Origin: Candidatus Melainabacteria bacterium 17Bon1m
GTDB lineage: Bacteria; Cyanobacteriota; Vampirovibrionia; Obscuribacterales; Obscuribacteraceae
Assembly (NCBI GenBank): GCA_032128875.1
Contig: JAVLKG010000002.1
Span: 928,001 to 992,000, forward strand
DNA: 64,000 bases
Direction of reading: 5' to 3'
Part shown: in pieces, positions 9,826-20,208 of the stretch
Numbering within the stretch: the first letter of the stretch is position 1
How the letters are laid out: the number at the start of each line of letters is the position of its first letter
The notes under the pieces: model-generated
The model's database searches: none
Seen by the model: the letters and a program-made list of their open reading frames with translations, nothing else
Told to the model about the DNA's origin: nothing
Made by a program: the position numbers and the translations under genes

Positions 9826-10353
9826 TTAAGGGTTGAACGGAATGACGTTGCTTGCTTGTTCTTTTCTCGGATTTATGACTTCCAAATTTTCGTACAAGCG
9901 CGAAACTTGTTCTAAATCGTCAGTCTGAATCTCGTCTATTTTTTCAGTATCGCCAGCACTCAAATTGCACAAGACCCACTGCGGTTTTCGATTGGAAACT
10001 TGCACTGAGAGCGACACTTCACCATCACCCATTGTCCAGCGCAACGTCGCAAATTTGGTTTTATTCTCTTTTGCTTTTTGTATAAGTGCTTGTAAATCTG
10101 CTTCGCTGGGAATTCCGCGATCCATCATTCCACTGCTGAGCAACTCAGGCAGACTAGATTTGAACGCTGACGAACCTTCCATCTGCGCGTCCATTCCCAA
10201 TTGAAGCAAGGACTTTTTCAATCTTCTTGCCAAGAGGCGAGGATCCATTTCCAAGATCTTAGCCAGCTCTTCAATGGTCGGAACGCGCCCAGTGTGGCGC
10301 TCAAATTCTGCGACGTGGCGCTTGATGTGTTCGTTTGGGTTGTCAGTAATCAC
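9826..10353 (-). CDS. Hypothetical protein with sigma-70 region 3-like HTH at the N-terminus
   Basis: FERHTGRVPTIEELAKILEM resembles sigma-70 region 3. GTG start at 10353 with GAGG RBS. Confidence 0.6.
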   Translation of the reverse strand: MITDNPNEHIKRHVAEFERHTGRVPTIEELAKILEMDPRLLARRLKKSLLQLGMDAQMEGSSAFKSSLPELLSSGMMDRGIPSEADLQALIQKAKENKTKFATLRWTMGDGEVSLSVQVSNRKPQWVLCNLSAGDTEKIDEIQTDDLEQVSRLYENLEVINPRKEQASNVIPFNP

Positions 10354-10431
10354 GAAGATTTCACCTCTTACGACATATGATAACAAGCGCGTCAGTCATA
10401 ACTTTGCCACAAGTTGATGAGACGATAAATT

Positions 10432-11214
10432 GTGGAGTGTCAGCTGAATGTCATTTTGAGATGCGATTTTGGCAGTGCGTTGGATGTTGAGGAAAGGTCT
10501 TTGAGAAGGCTGAGCCAAAATACGAGAGATATAAACGACGCTGAGTTGGAAGTTTTTCTTCCTCTTCAGTATTTAGATCCGAGCTATTTCCAACTGCGCG
10601 ATTTTGCTGGCGTTTTTGCCCGTGGCGCCGCATTTGGTATCGCAATTAATTTCCCACTCATAGTTCTTGGATTAGTTACGCCTTCACTAATGCCGGTTTA
10701 TCTGCCGTGCATCACGGCGACTGCATGCATCCTCGGAATTGCGTTTAGCGCTGCGGCTAAGGGTTTTCAAAAGGCGTTTAGCAGAGGTGTTTCGATTCAT
10801 GGAATCGATGCCTACCTAACATATGAAGATGTGCATTTGCCTCTGGCCAAAGCATACGAACTTTGTCTTGCTGCAACCTCTCAAATTCACGAAGCTCGAA
10901 TTTTGAGGTGTATAGAAGGACGACTACTTTGTGTGCGGGTAAAAGCTCAACCGGAGCGAACAATTGTTATACGTCTAGATGGGATTGGAAGAGGAATAAC
11001 ACGCATCGCAATAGACTGCGTAAAGCATGTGAGTCTGCCTCAAGCGTTAACTATTCGCAGCTGCTGGGGACCAAAGTTTGAGCAGTTGGTATTGCGCGTC
11101 GATGATGGATTAAATGCCGAATTGATTGAAGAAGTAGCCGCGTTTATACGCGAAACCCCAGGCAGGGACTACAGGTACGAAGGGGTAAAAACGCTGCAGG
11201 GCAGTCGCCGTTAG
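10432..11214 (+). CDS. Hypothetical membrane protein (2 TMs)
   Basis: 260-aa ORF with two hydrophobic helices; convergent with alaS with a 4-nt overlap. Confidence 0.6.
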   Translation: MECQLNVILRCDFGSALDVEERSLRRLSQNTRDINDAELEVFLPLQYLDPSYFQLRDFAGVFARGAAFGIAINFPLIVLGLVTPSLMPVYLPCITATACILGIAFSAAAKGFQKAFSRGVSIHGIDAYLTYEDVHLPLAKAYELCLAATSQIHEARILRCIEGRLLCVRVKAQPERTIVIRLDGIGRGITRIAIDCVKHVSLPQALTIRSCWGPKFEQLVLRVDDGLNAELIEEVAAFIRETPGRDYRYEGVKTLQGSRR

Positions 11215-13925
11215 ACCGACTTCTGGCTGAGTTTGTCCTCTACCATATCAACCACTTTCTTCAGTGCTTGTGGAATCATTTCGGGTTGCTTGCCGCCGGC
11301 TTGCGCTAATTGTGGTTTGCCACCACCACCGCCGCCGCAAATTTGTGCTGCAGCTTTGACAAGCTCTCCTGCACTGACTCCATTTTTTGTAAGCGGATCA
11401 GAAACAGCGACAACAATAGCTACTTGCTGTGGCCCGGTTGAAGAAGCAAGCGCGACGACTGTTTGGTCTGAGCGAGACTTCAAATCTTCGGCAATGGATT
11501 TAAGCGCGTCAGCACCAAGGTTTTCGATGCTTTCTGCTATCAGAGTAACGGCGCCTACTTTTTTGCTTTTCGCTAACAATTCTGGAACGCGTGATAAAGC
11601 CATACGTTCTTCCATCTTTTGAAGCTGTTTTTCTCTCTCTCTAAGAGATTCCTGCAATTTCTCAATTTGATTTGCAAGTTCGTTCGGACGCACTTTCATA
11701 AGTTTGGAAGCGTCAGACAAATATGTCAGTTGATCGTTCAGATAGCTCCAAGCCTTTGGCCCGGAGTATGCGGACACGCGGCGTGTGCCTTGTGAAACGC
11801 TTTCTTCTGAGATGATTTTGATTGGTCCGATTTCGCCGGTTTGGTTGACGTGGGTGCCGCCGCAAAATTCGAGCGAGAAATCTCCCATGCTCAAAACGCG
11901 AACGGTGTCTCCATACTTCTCTCCGAACATGGCGATTGCGCCAGTCTTTTTGGCATCATCAATCGACATCTCTTGAGTAATGACTTGAGCATTTTGCTTA
12001 ACCCAGTCATTCATTTGTTGTTCAATTTTGCGAAGTTCTTCAGGCTTCGGTTGTTTTTCCAAAGTGAAGTCAAAGCGCATGTAGTTCGGTCCAACTTGCG
12101 AACCTGCCTGGGTTACATGCTTGCCAAAAAGGTCTCTCACTGCTGCGTGGAACAAGTGAGCGGTGCTGTGGTGCAATACAGTTTGGTTGCGCTTTTCGGC
12201 ATCAACATGCGCGTGCAGCGATTGTCCTGCTTCCAAAACTCCTGAAAGAGCTTTGACTTTGTGCAGGTGCAAGCCTTCGTGCTTCTTAGTGTCGAGAACT
12301 TCGAGCTTTGCACCGTCAGTTTCTAAATAACCAGTGTCGCCGACTTGACCACCAGACTCTGCGTAGAATGGAGTCTTGTCTAGTATTAGGTCGACTTCTT
12401 CACCTTCTTCCACGTGATCAACGAAGCGGCCATCTTTGACCAGGGCTACAACTTTCGCTTCGTCCTTGATTCCCTTGTAGCCACTAAATGTGGTGGTGCC
12501 ATGCTTTTTGATGACTTCGCTTAGTGCTTCGTCACCCGCAATGTTTATGTTGAAGTTGCCGACTGCAGAAACAGCGCGGTGTTCTTTCTTCGCGTTTTGG
12601 AAGCCTTCCAAGTCTACTGTCTTGCCATGTTCGAGCGCGATTTCTGTAGTCAATTCAACAGGGAAGCCGTAGGTGGCGTACAGGTCGAATACTTCTTTAC
12701 CGGGAAGCACTGTTTCTTTTTTCGCCAGAAGTTCATCCAGGAGGGCCGTGCCCCGTTCGATGCTCTTAGCGAAGTTTTCTTCTTCGGCGCGCAAATGCTT
12801 GATAATCGCTTGCTCGTTTTCTTTCAGCTCTGGATAGTGGTGACCGTAAGACTCAACTATTTTTGGAACGAGCTTATAGATGAAGGGCTCTTTCAGTCCC
12901 AAAAGTCTACCAAAGCGGGCGGCGCGGCGCGTAATGAAACGCAGTACGTATCCGCGTCCCACGTTACTTGTTCTTACCCCGTCAGCGACGAGGAATGTTA
13001 CGCAGCGTACGTGGTCGCAAATGATTTTGATATAGCTGTCGATCTTAAACTCGGGAGAGCCTGGCTTTTCTTGCTTAGGAGTTCCGCCTGTGTATTTGAC
13101 GTTCGCAATTTTGCAAACTTCATCCAAGATTGGCTTGAAAAGGTCGGTCTCGAAATTGTTGTTCTTTTTCTGAAGAACGAGTGCGACGCGTTCTAGACCA
13201 GAACCAGTATCAACGTTCTTCGCGGCTAATGGTGTGAAATTGCCGTGTTCGTCTTTGAAGAGTTCCATGAACACGAGGTTCCAGATCTCCAAATAGCGGT
13301 CGCAATCGCAAATTCCGATGCCGCATTTTGTAGCGTCGTCACTGCAGCCGTAATCAGGACCACGATCGTAATAGAGTTCTGAGCAGGGACCACAAGGTCC
13401 TGTTGGTCCGGGCGGTCCCCAGAAATTGTCTTTGCGCGACATTCTGAAGATGCGCTCAGGTGGTATGCCTACATCCTTGTTCCAGATGGCATAAGCTTCT
13501 TCGTCTGCCGGATTTTGCTCATCGCCTTTGAAGATGGTGACATAGATTTTGTCCGGCTCAAGTCCTAGTTCTTTTGTGACGAGTTCAAAACTCCACGGAA
13601 TGATTTCTTTCTTGAAATAATCTCCGAAGCTGAAATTGCCGAGCATCTCGAAGAATGTGTGGTGGCGCGCGGTTCTGCCGACATTTTCAATGTCGGAATC
13701 TTTTCCGCCTGCACGAGCGCATTTTTGAACTGTAACGGCGCGTGGAGGATTAGGGACAGGTGCCTGTCCCAGGAAGATCGGCACGAATTGCACCATTCCC
13801 GCAGAAGTAAGGAGCAAAGTAGGATTGTCCGGAATCAAGCTGGACGACGGCAAATGTTGATGCCCCCGCTTGTCCTTGAAATAGGAAATAAACTTGTCTC
13901 TTATCTCTGCGCCAGAAAATGTCAT
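11211..13925 (-). CDS. alaS: Alanine--tRNA ligase
   Basis: RHHTFFEMLGNFSFGDYFK, DTGSGLER, editing-domain HSTAH...FCGGTH, C-terminal GGGGGKPQLAQAGG. Start at MTFSGAEIR. Confidence 0.98.
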   Translation of the reverse strand: MTFSGAEIRDKFISYFKDKRGHQHLPSSSLIPDNPTLLLTSAGMVQFVPIFLGQAPVPNPPRAVTVQKCARAGGKDSDIENVGRTARHHTFFEMLGNFSFGDYFKKEIIPWSFELVTKELGLEPDKIYVTIFKGDEQNPADEEAYAIWNKDVGIPPERIFRMSRKDNFWGPPGPTGPCGPCSELYYDRGPDYGCSDDATKCGIGICDCDRYLEIWNLVFMELFKDEHGNFTPLAAKNVDTGSGLERVALVLQKKNNNFETDLFKPILDEVCKIANVKYTGGTPKQEKPGSPEFKIDSYIKIICDHVRCVTFLVADGVRTSNVGRGYVLRFITRRAARFGRLLGLKEPFIYKLVPKIVESYGHHYPELKENEQAIIKHLRAEEENFAKSIERGTALLDELLAKKETVLPGKEVFDLYATYGFPVELTTEIALEHGKTVDLEGFQNAKKEHRAVSAVGNFNINIAGDEALSEVIKKHGTTTFSGYKGIKDEAKVVALVKDGRFVDHVEEGEEVDLILDKTPFYAESGGQVGDTGYLETDGAKLEVLDTKKHEGLHLHKVKALSGVLEAGQSLHAHVDAEKRNQTVLHHSTAHLFHAAVRDLFGKHVTQAGSQVGPNYMRFDFTLEKQPKPEELRKIEQQMNDWVKQNAQVITQEMSIDDAKKTGAIAMFGEKYGDTVRVLSMGDFSLEFCGGTHVNQTGEIGPIKIISEESVSQGTRRVSAYSGPKAWSYLNDQLTYLSDASKLMKVRPNELANQIEKLQESLREREKQLQKMEERMALSRVPELLAKSKKVGAVTLIAESIENLGADALKSIAEDLKSRSDQTVVALASSTGPQQVAIVVAVSDPLTKNGVSAGELVKAAAQICGGGGGGKPQLAQAGGKQPEMIPQALKKVVDMVEDKLSQKSV

Positions 13926-14149
13926 TAATGCCTCCCAGCACCAATCACTGCTTACATTTGGGATCATCAAGTATATCCTAGTTAGACAGGCTTTCGCCCA
14001 CTGCTGTCGAACGTTTGGAGCGTGTTCAAGCGCTTAAAATCGTCACTTCCGGCATGCTCAGCGGCAATCTAAATTTAGAATGGCGAAAGGTCGAATTCGC
14101 TCGACAACTACACATAGCTTCACGTGCCATCTCTTCGGAAGCCAGCCGC

Positions 14150-14328
14150 CGGCAGTCAAAAACAGCTTCATAGGGCACGCGATGACCGCTGCTGCCTGTG
14201 GTATTAGGTAGCCGAATCTGCTAGATTCTTCAGTTCCCGGCGCCGCATTTGGAACCCCTGAAGAACACAATCAGGGTTAAGCCATCTATGTGCGCAGAAC
14301 CTTGCCTGTCCCAGTTTTGGACCTGCCG
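14150..14328 (+). ncRNA. Candidate ~180-nt rod-like structured RNA (cis-regulatory leader of the NAD kinase, or 6S-like)
   Basis: Nested complementarity: CGGCAG/CTGCCG, AAAAC/GTTTT, GGGCACGCGA/TTGCCTGTCC, CTGC/GCAG, TTCTTCA/TGAAGAA, GTTCC/GGAAC. Confidence 0.4.
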
Positions 14329-15224
14329 TGAAACTCCGCAAAGTATTAATCGTTCCCAAGAAGTCGACCTATCAGATTCAGGCGATTGAACACAAGGAAA
14401 CTACTTTCCTGAAGATGCTCGAGGAAGGGCATTCGTCTGTGACCAAGGTTAAGCTTGCCCATGACGAGCATATGGAAACGCTTCAGTATTTGCTGAAAGC
14501 CCTGGATCAGCGTGGCGTAGAACACAAAGAAGTTGTGCGCGCCGACTTGGAAGGGCGAATTAAGGGCGTCGACCTGGTAATTTCAGTTGGCGGCGACGGC
14601 ACATTTTTAGATGCCTCCCATCACGTAGATACTTTACCGTTGCTCGGTATCAATTCCTCGAAGTCTTCGAGCTTTGGGCACTTTTGCCTGGGCAATTTGA
14701 AAAATATCGACAAAGTTTTGGACGATATAGAGAATGACAACATTAAAACCATCAAGCTTCTCAGGCTCGAGCTTTTACTGAATGGAAAACTTTTACCTGA
14801 TTTGGTCCTTAATGAAGTTTTGATTGCTCACTCTAATCCGGCCGGAACAAGCCGATTTATAGTACATCTTCGAGGAATTAGCGAAGAGCAAAAATCCTCT
14901 GGTATATGGGTCAGTACACCATCTGGATCTACTGGCTCAATGCGCTCCGCCGGTGGTACTGTATTGCCTATAAATGACGAGCGATATCAGTACATCGTAC
15001 GAGAGGCCTGCATGCGACCAAATGAAAAATGGCAGCTGGTAAGAGGTATTCTCGACCGCAAGGAAGAAATGCGTTTTGTCTCGCAAACACGCACAGGTAC
15101 ACTCTTTATCGATGGACAACATATCGAGCATCAATTCGGATTGGGAGACGAGCTGATCATTCGCGCCAGTGAGCATGATCTCAACGCGTATGCATCAGCG
15201 GACGTTAACGATATATTCGTATGA
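14328..15224 (+). CDS. nadK: NAD(+)/NADH kinase
   Basis: GGDGT motif, LNE motif, STPSGSTGSMRSAGG. Confidence 0.92.
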   Translation: MKLRKVLIVPKKSTYQIQAIEHKETTFLKMLEEGHSSVTKVKLAHDEHMETLQYLLKALDQRGVEHKEVVRADLEGRIKGVDLVISVGGDGTFLDASHHVDTLPLLGINSSKSSSFGHFCLGNLKNIDKVLDDIENDNIKTIKLLRLELLLNGKLLPDLVLNEVLIAHSNPAGTSRFIVHLRGISEEQKSSGIWVSTPSGSTGSMRSAGGTVLPINDERYQYIVREACMRPNEKWQLVRGILDRKEEMRFVSQTRTGTLFIDGQHIEHQFGLGDELIIRASEHDLNAYASADVNDIFV

Positions 15225-15246
15225 CTTCGAAGCAAAACTGGAATCA

Positions 15247-16647
15247 ATGACGAGTAATGACAGAGTCGCCGTCGCGGTTGGAAAGATGGCGGCGCGAACG
15301 ATTCGAATGTTGGGAGCAGGACTGGGTTCTAACCTGCCTGGTAGGGTGGCGAGAAAGCTCGCACCAGATGTTCTCTCGCATCTTGCCGGGCAATCTAAAA
15401 AAGGCGTTATTGCCGTCACTGGAACCAATGGTAAGAGCACCACATCCGGTTTGCTTTCTTCTGTTTTGAAAACTGCCGGTTTTACTTTGATACACAACCG
15501 CCAGGGCGCAAACCTGGTCACTGGCATTACCGCTACTTTGGTAGATGCAGCTTCGTGGGATGGTCACATAAACACAGATTACTGCCTTTTCGAGATTGAC
15601 GAAGCGGCACTGCCTCTGGTGGCTAAAGAAACGACACTGTCGGTGGTGGTGGTGACGAATTTATTTCGTGACCAGCTTGATCGATTCGGTGAATTGGATA
15701 CCACCGCAAAACTCATCGAAAAAGGTATCACCACCTGCAAGTCACCGGCTGTGTTAAATGCCGATGATCCCAATGTCTGCCAGCTCGTGCCCGACAACAC
15801 AAGATTGTTTTTTGGATTGGATGCTGGCTATTGCGAAGTTGACAGTCAAAGGATACAGGATGAAAGCAATCCGGATTGCTCGCAATCAATGGAGTTATCC
15901 TACTGCCTCAAGTGCGGTGCCGAGATAGTCTATGACTGCTTCTTCTATGGTCAGCTGGGTCACTGGCGTTGTTCGTCCTGTGACTATAAGCGCCCCGATC
16001 CGACTATTGTCGCCACTCATATTCAGTTGAATGCGACTGGATCGCGATTTAAATTGACTGACAAACGGCAGAATCTCTCCGTTGATGTGAAGCTGCCTAT
16101 TCCGGGTTTGTTCAATGTTTACAATGCTCTAGCGGCTGCTGCATGCGCGGTGAAATTAGGCGTGACGCTCGAGTCAGTGAAGCAGGGTCTGCAGAATTAT
16201 TCCACTCTATTTGGGCGTTCGGAGAAGATCTCGCTTCTCGGAAAGCCAGTTCTCATTCAGTTAATTAAGAACCCCGCCGGTGCAAGTCAGACAGTAAAAG
16301 CTGTCGTCGAGGACAGCACAGCGCGAGTGCTCATTGCCATCAATGACAATCTTGCCGATGGACGGGACATTTCCTGGCTCTGGGATGCTGATTTCGAGCC
16401 ACTTAGATCTGTGAAAGGAACAGTTATTGTCAGTGGGCTTCGTGCTGATGATATGGCTGTGCGTATGAAATATGCAGGCATCGAGCCGGAGCGAATTGTT
16501 TGTGTTCCGAAGCTGGAGAGAGCTCTCCGGCAAGCCCTAAACGACACTAGTCCAGATGAAACTTTGTGGATTTTGCCAACATATACTTGCCTGCTCGAGT
16601 TACAAAAAATAGTTAAAACCATGGGCCAGTCGCTCGCTGGGACTTAA
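15247..16647 (+). CDS. murT: Lipid II isoglutaminyl synthase subunit MurT (Mur ligase + DUF1727)
   Basis: VTGTNGKSTT P-loop, NLFRDQLDRFGE, Cys4 zinc finger (CLKC...CSSC), LIKNPAG, DGRDISWLWDADFE. Confidence 0.9.
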   Translation: MTSNDRVAVAVGKMAARTIRMLGAGLGSNLPGRVARKLAPDVLSHLAGQSKKGVIAVTGTNGKSTTSGLLSSVLKTAGFTLIHNRQGANLVTGITATLVDAASWDGHINTDYCLFEIDEAALPLVAKETTLSVVVVTNLFRDQLDRFGELDTTAKLIEKGITTCKSPAVLNADDPNVCQLVPDNTRLFFGLDAGYCEVDSQRIQDESNPDCSQSMELSYCLKCGAEIVYDCFFYGQLGHWRCSSCDYKRPDPTIVATHIQLNATGSRFKLTDKRQNLSVDVKLPIPGLFNVYNALAAAACAVKLGVTLESVKQGLQNYSTLFGRSEKISLLGKPVLIQLIKNPAGASQTVKAVVEDSTARVLIAINDNLADGRDISWLWDADFEPLRSVKGTVIVSGLRADDMAVRMKYAGIEPERIVCVPKLERALRQALNDTSPDETLWILPTYTCLLELQKIVKTMGQSLAGT

Positions 16648-16740
16648 TCGATTCAATTTTTAAATTGCCGGCGGGAACTGCTGAGCCTAAACTCCGTCGC
16701 CACGAATGAACGTGACGAATGAGGAGCTAAAGAATCAGTT

Positions 16741-17019
16741 ATGGATAAGAAAAAAGCCGCCAAGGCTCAGAAGAAAACAGATAATCCTGTGTATACCGAG
16801 CAGGATGATTCTGCATTGCTGAATTCGACGGGCACCAACCCGTCTGATGCCGATCCGGCACTGGTTTCAAATCAGGCAGGGACAGAAGGCAAAGCGGACA
16901 GTCATTTGCCCAACGTGCACAAGGATGCAGCAGACAAAATTTCGAAAAAGGACAAGAGTCCTGATGGTGAAACCGAAGAAGTAGACGAAAGAGACGAAGA
17001 CAGACAAGACGACAAGTAA
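16741..17019 (+). CDS. Small acidic, probably disordered protein
   Basis: 92-aa hydrophilic ORF with GAGGAG upstream. Confidence 0.55.
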   Translation: MDKKKAAKAQKKTDNPVYTEQDDSALLNSTGTNPSDADPALVSNQAGTEGKADSHLPNVHKDAADKISKKDKSPDGETEEVDERDEDRQDDK

Positions 17020-17060
17020 GCTGTGTCGTTAGAAAACTAGAGACACCACCATTCCCCGGG

Positions 17061-17819
17061 CTAACGCGCGGGGAATGGTTTGTATAGGTCAGAAACATCT
17101 TCATCTTGCAGAGTGCCTGCTTCTTTAAGCAAGACTTCCATCTCCGATTTCACTCTCGTGAAATTCTTCGGTGCTTTGAAGATGTCGGAATCTACCATGG
17201 TCTTACTCACAAATGTTGTGTTCAAGAAGACCTTAGAGCCGTGTTGACTGTCGCCAACGACTCGCAATGGCAAACCCTTGCCGGTCGGAATGTAGCAGCA
17301 GATAGCCGCGGCGTTCATCAAACCCTGCGGTAAGCCGATGTTATCTACGCTGGAGAAATCGTAGAGAAGCCGTTGCTCTTTTGGATTTTTCGGGTTGTAT
17401 GCGTACCAGTGCCAGTTTCTTGCTTTCAAACCTGAAAATGTTTGGAATGCCGGTTTGGCTGGTTCCATTTTTTCAATGTAGCCTACAGGGCGTGTTTTCG
17501 GCGGACTTCGCCTTTGAAATTCTTGGAGCGATTCGTCGAATATGTATTTCGTTCTCTCATTCCAAAAAGTTATTCGCCACTTTGGCGGCGTCATCGTGAC
17601 TCTGATGGTCCCCATCTCCATTTTGAGACCGTCCGGAGAAACAATTGTTTTGACGATGCCGTAAGTCTGACTATTCTGACGAATGAGCCAACCTGGCTTT
17701 TTGGCAAAAACTGGCTGTGTGAGCGCAGATAGCGACATCAAAAAGGAAACTAGAACAGCCACCCGGCAAGATAGAATCACTGCGTCCATCTGCTGATAAT
17801 GTCCCTTGTGTTGCCTCAT
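17061..17819 (-). CDS. Hypothetical secreted beta-rich protein
   Basis: Signal peptide ending QPVFA; ends with a FKAPKNF..V motif reminiscent of DUF4412/LolA-like proteins. True start probably ~17789. Confidence 0.6.
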   Translation of the reverse strand: MRQHKGHYQQMDAVILSCRVAVLVSFLMSLSALTQPVFAKKPGWLIRQNSQTYGIVKTIVSPDGLKMEMGTIRVTMTPPKWRITFWNERTKYIFDESLQEFQRRSPPKTRPVGYIEKMEPAKPAFQTFSGLKARNWHWYAYNPKNPKEQRLLYDFSSVDNIGLPQGLMNAAAICCYIPTGKGLPLRVVGDSQHGSKVFLNTTFVSKTMVDSDIFKAPKNFTRVKSEMEVLLKEAGTLQDEDVSDLYKPFPAR

Positions 17820-17937
17820 TGTTGAGTCATACCCATATCATCAGGTTCTCCAATTCCATTCTCCTAATATTTATTTTGATCAAAAGTGCCTGATGAGGGT
17901 AGATAGGACTATACGAGTACTTGGCGATAGTAGTGCC

Positions 17938-20049
17938 ATGCTGGAAGAAAGTGCCGAGCAATTTAAGAAGCCAGAAGTCGTGGTTGATAAAACCAAGATT
18001 GATCTGTCGCATGCAACATTTGAAGAAATCTCGGCTTTAGAGCGCAGTAAAACTGGGCTTTCTGGCGAGGAAGAACTAAACGAACGCCCCATCATTTTCG
18101 ATAACTGCTGGTTGATTACCGAAAGGTTAGGAGAAGGTGGCATGAGCGTCGTGTATAAAGCGCGTCACTTAGACCTTAACCGATTTGTCGCGATAAAAGT
18201 CCTGCTGCCGCATTTGACTACGAATACGAAAAATTTGCAGCGCTTCAAGCAGGAAGCTGTCACTGCCAGTGCACTCAGCCATCCCAACTTGATTCGAGTT
18301 GAAAATTTCGGTGTTACGCCAGAAGGGCGTACTTTCATCATCATGGACTTCGTCGACGGTATGAGTCTGGCGGATGTAATTGCCAAAGAGGGAAAACTCG
18401 ATCCTGTTCGCGCTGTTTTCATTTTTGTTCAGGCTGCAAACGCGCTTCAGCATGCCCATGAGCGCAATGTGATTCACCGTGATTTGAAGCCCAGCAACAT
18501 CATGTTGATCAATAACGGTGAGGAAGGTGAAGCTGTAAAAATAGTTGACTTCGGAATTGCAAAGCTGGTCTTGGATGACGAAGACCAAATGCAACATCTG
18601 ACACAGACAGGCGAGGTCTTCGGAAGTCCGCTCTACATGAGCCCGGAGCAATGCCGAGGTGAAAAACTCGATATGCGCTCCGATATTTATTCAATGGGTG
18701 TTCTTATGTATGAAGCCTTGACCGGTCATCCTCCGGTGCGCGGTGCCAATGCATTTGAAACCATGCAGAAGCAATTGAATGAAAACCCGGAGCCTATTGT
18801 TGACCACAAAGCACCCGACAGTTTGTTAAAACGTCTGAACGCGGTCGTTATGCGAGCTTTGGAAAAAGATTCTGCAGCACGCTATCAGTCGATGGAAGAG
18901 TTGGAAAAGGATTTGAATAACGCCCTTGTCAGCGCTGAAAAAGAATGGAAGGATCGAGCCAAGGCTCTTAAAAAGCAATACAAAAAAGTCAGCGCAAAAG
19001 AAAAGAAAACACGTAAGGTCATAGCATTTAGCGTCTTAGGCGTCCTTGCGTCCGTCGCGGTTTTCATAGGCGTGCGGGAGTTTATGTATGACCCGGTGTC
19101 GGCAATGGTGCCCGAGCAAGATTCGCTTTTTGCCAAGCAGTTTAAACCCAAGGCAAAAGCGCAAGGCATCAATTACTCAAAACTTACTGAGCAGCTAGAC
19201 GTAGTTGTAATGCGCGATGAGAAGATCTGGAACGAGATCAAATCTCGTTGGAGTCGAGGCGATAAGCGTGCGGAAGACTACGATATCGTCACCAACGATT
19301 TGATTCCCGGAAGATTGGCTGCTATGCGAACCTTTCAGGAGGATAGAAACTATATCGCTGCCGCGCGGCTTGGCCGTTGGGTTTTGGAGATGTATGAAAT
19401 GGTTTCTGATGTCAACTCGTCGGAATATGTAAGCATCTTCAAACTTCAAGGCGAAAATTATTTGGCTATGGGTGAATTGGCCGAGTCTTACAGGAATTAT
19501 GAGAAGGCTTATGCGACTGCTGACAGAACCTTGAGCTCTTATGGAAAGCTTGAGGCGTTAAGTGATTTGCTTTACATGATGATGGAAATCAACGTTCACG
19601 AGCGGCATTACAGAGCGGCAATTCTGCAGGCGCAGAAATTGAATCTTTTCTACAAGGAAATGGCAAAGTACGAAGATCCGGTCGCGATAAGAGAAGTTCT
19701 GGCCCTGGATTCTAAGGTTGCCGAAATGGAAAGGCTGAGCGGAAGCCCGAGTGTAATCGACGACTACAAAATTGTGATTGGCAATTGGAAATCGTTTATC
19801 GCGGCGAGTCGCGGTGACAATCAACTGCTTTTCGAGGATTTCCTCGCTAAGTCGCGTTACGGCCTCGGACTTGCACAAGCTCATGCCAAACAATACGACG
19901 ATGCGACCAAAAATCTTGCCGCTGCCTATGAGTTTTTCGCCAAACAAGGCAAAGACCCGGCATTAACAGAGCGTGCCAAAATAAACTATTTGGCTCTTTT
20001 GAGGAAAACCAACCCCGTAGCCTATGCATTGCGAAGTTTTGGCGGTTAA
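17938..20049 (+). CDS. Ser/Thr protein kinase with TM and extracytoplasmic TPR-like region
   Basis: LGEGGMSVVY, VAIK, RFKQEA, HRDLKPSN, DFG, GSPLYMSPEQ; TM VIAFSVLGVLASVAVFIGV. Confidence 0.92.
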   Translation: MLEESAEQFKKPEVVVDKTKIDLSHATFEEISALERSKTGLSGEEELNERPIIFDNCWLITERLGEGGMSVVYKARHLDLNRFVAIKVLLPHLTTNTKNLQRFKQEAVTASALSHPNLIRVENFGVTPEGRTFIIMDFVDGMSLADVIAKEGKLDPVRAVFIFVQAANALQHAHERNVIHRDLKPSNIMLINNGEEGEAVKIVDFGIAKLVLDDEDQMQHLTQTGEVFGSPLYMSPEQCRGEKLDMRSDIYSMGVLMYEALTGHPPVRGANAFETMQKQLNENPEPIVDHKAPDSLLKRLNAVVMRALEKDSAARYQSMEELEKDLNNALVSAEKEWKDRAKALKKQYKKVSAKEKKTRKVIAFSVLGVLASVAVFIGVREFMYDPVSAMVPEQDSLFAKQFKPKAKAQGINYSKLTEQLDVVVMRDEKIWNEIKSRWSRGDKRAEDYDIVTNDLIPGRLAAMRTFQEDRNYIAAARLGRWVLEMYEMVSDVNSSEYVSIFKLQGENYLAMGELAESYRNYEKAYATADRTLSSYGKLEALSDLLYMMMEINVHERHYRAAILQAQKLNLFYKEMAKYEDPVAIREVLALDSKVAEMERLSGSPSVIDDYKIVIGNWKSFIAASRGDNQLLFEDFLAKSRYGLGLAQAHAKQYDDATKNLAAAYEFFAKQGKDPALTERAKINYLALLRKTNPVAYALRSFGG

Positions 20050-20208
20050 TCCCTTGCTAATTGCATACAACAAGATTGATTAACTGATCAAGTGGAATAC
20101 TATGTATTAATGGAGCTCTGGCGGCTAAAACTGCTGCAGCGACTGATAATGGCGTTCTGAAGGCATTTTCGGCTGGCTCAGAGCGAACCCCGTCCCTTCC
20201 CCGTTACT

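Noticed and set aside
14137-14328. Cobalamin riboswitch suggested by GGAAGCCAG and GACCTGCC fragments
   Set aside because: The fragments are ~175 nt apart, and the conserved GGGAA / B12-box core is missing.
15247-16647. murT without adjacent gatD (likewise orphan carB and potC)
   Set aside because: Split operons are common in cyanobacteria-related genomes; the partners probably lie outside the window.
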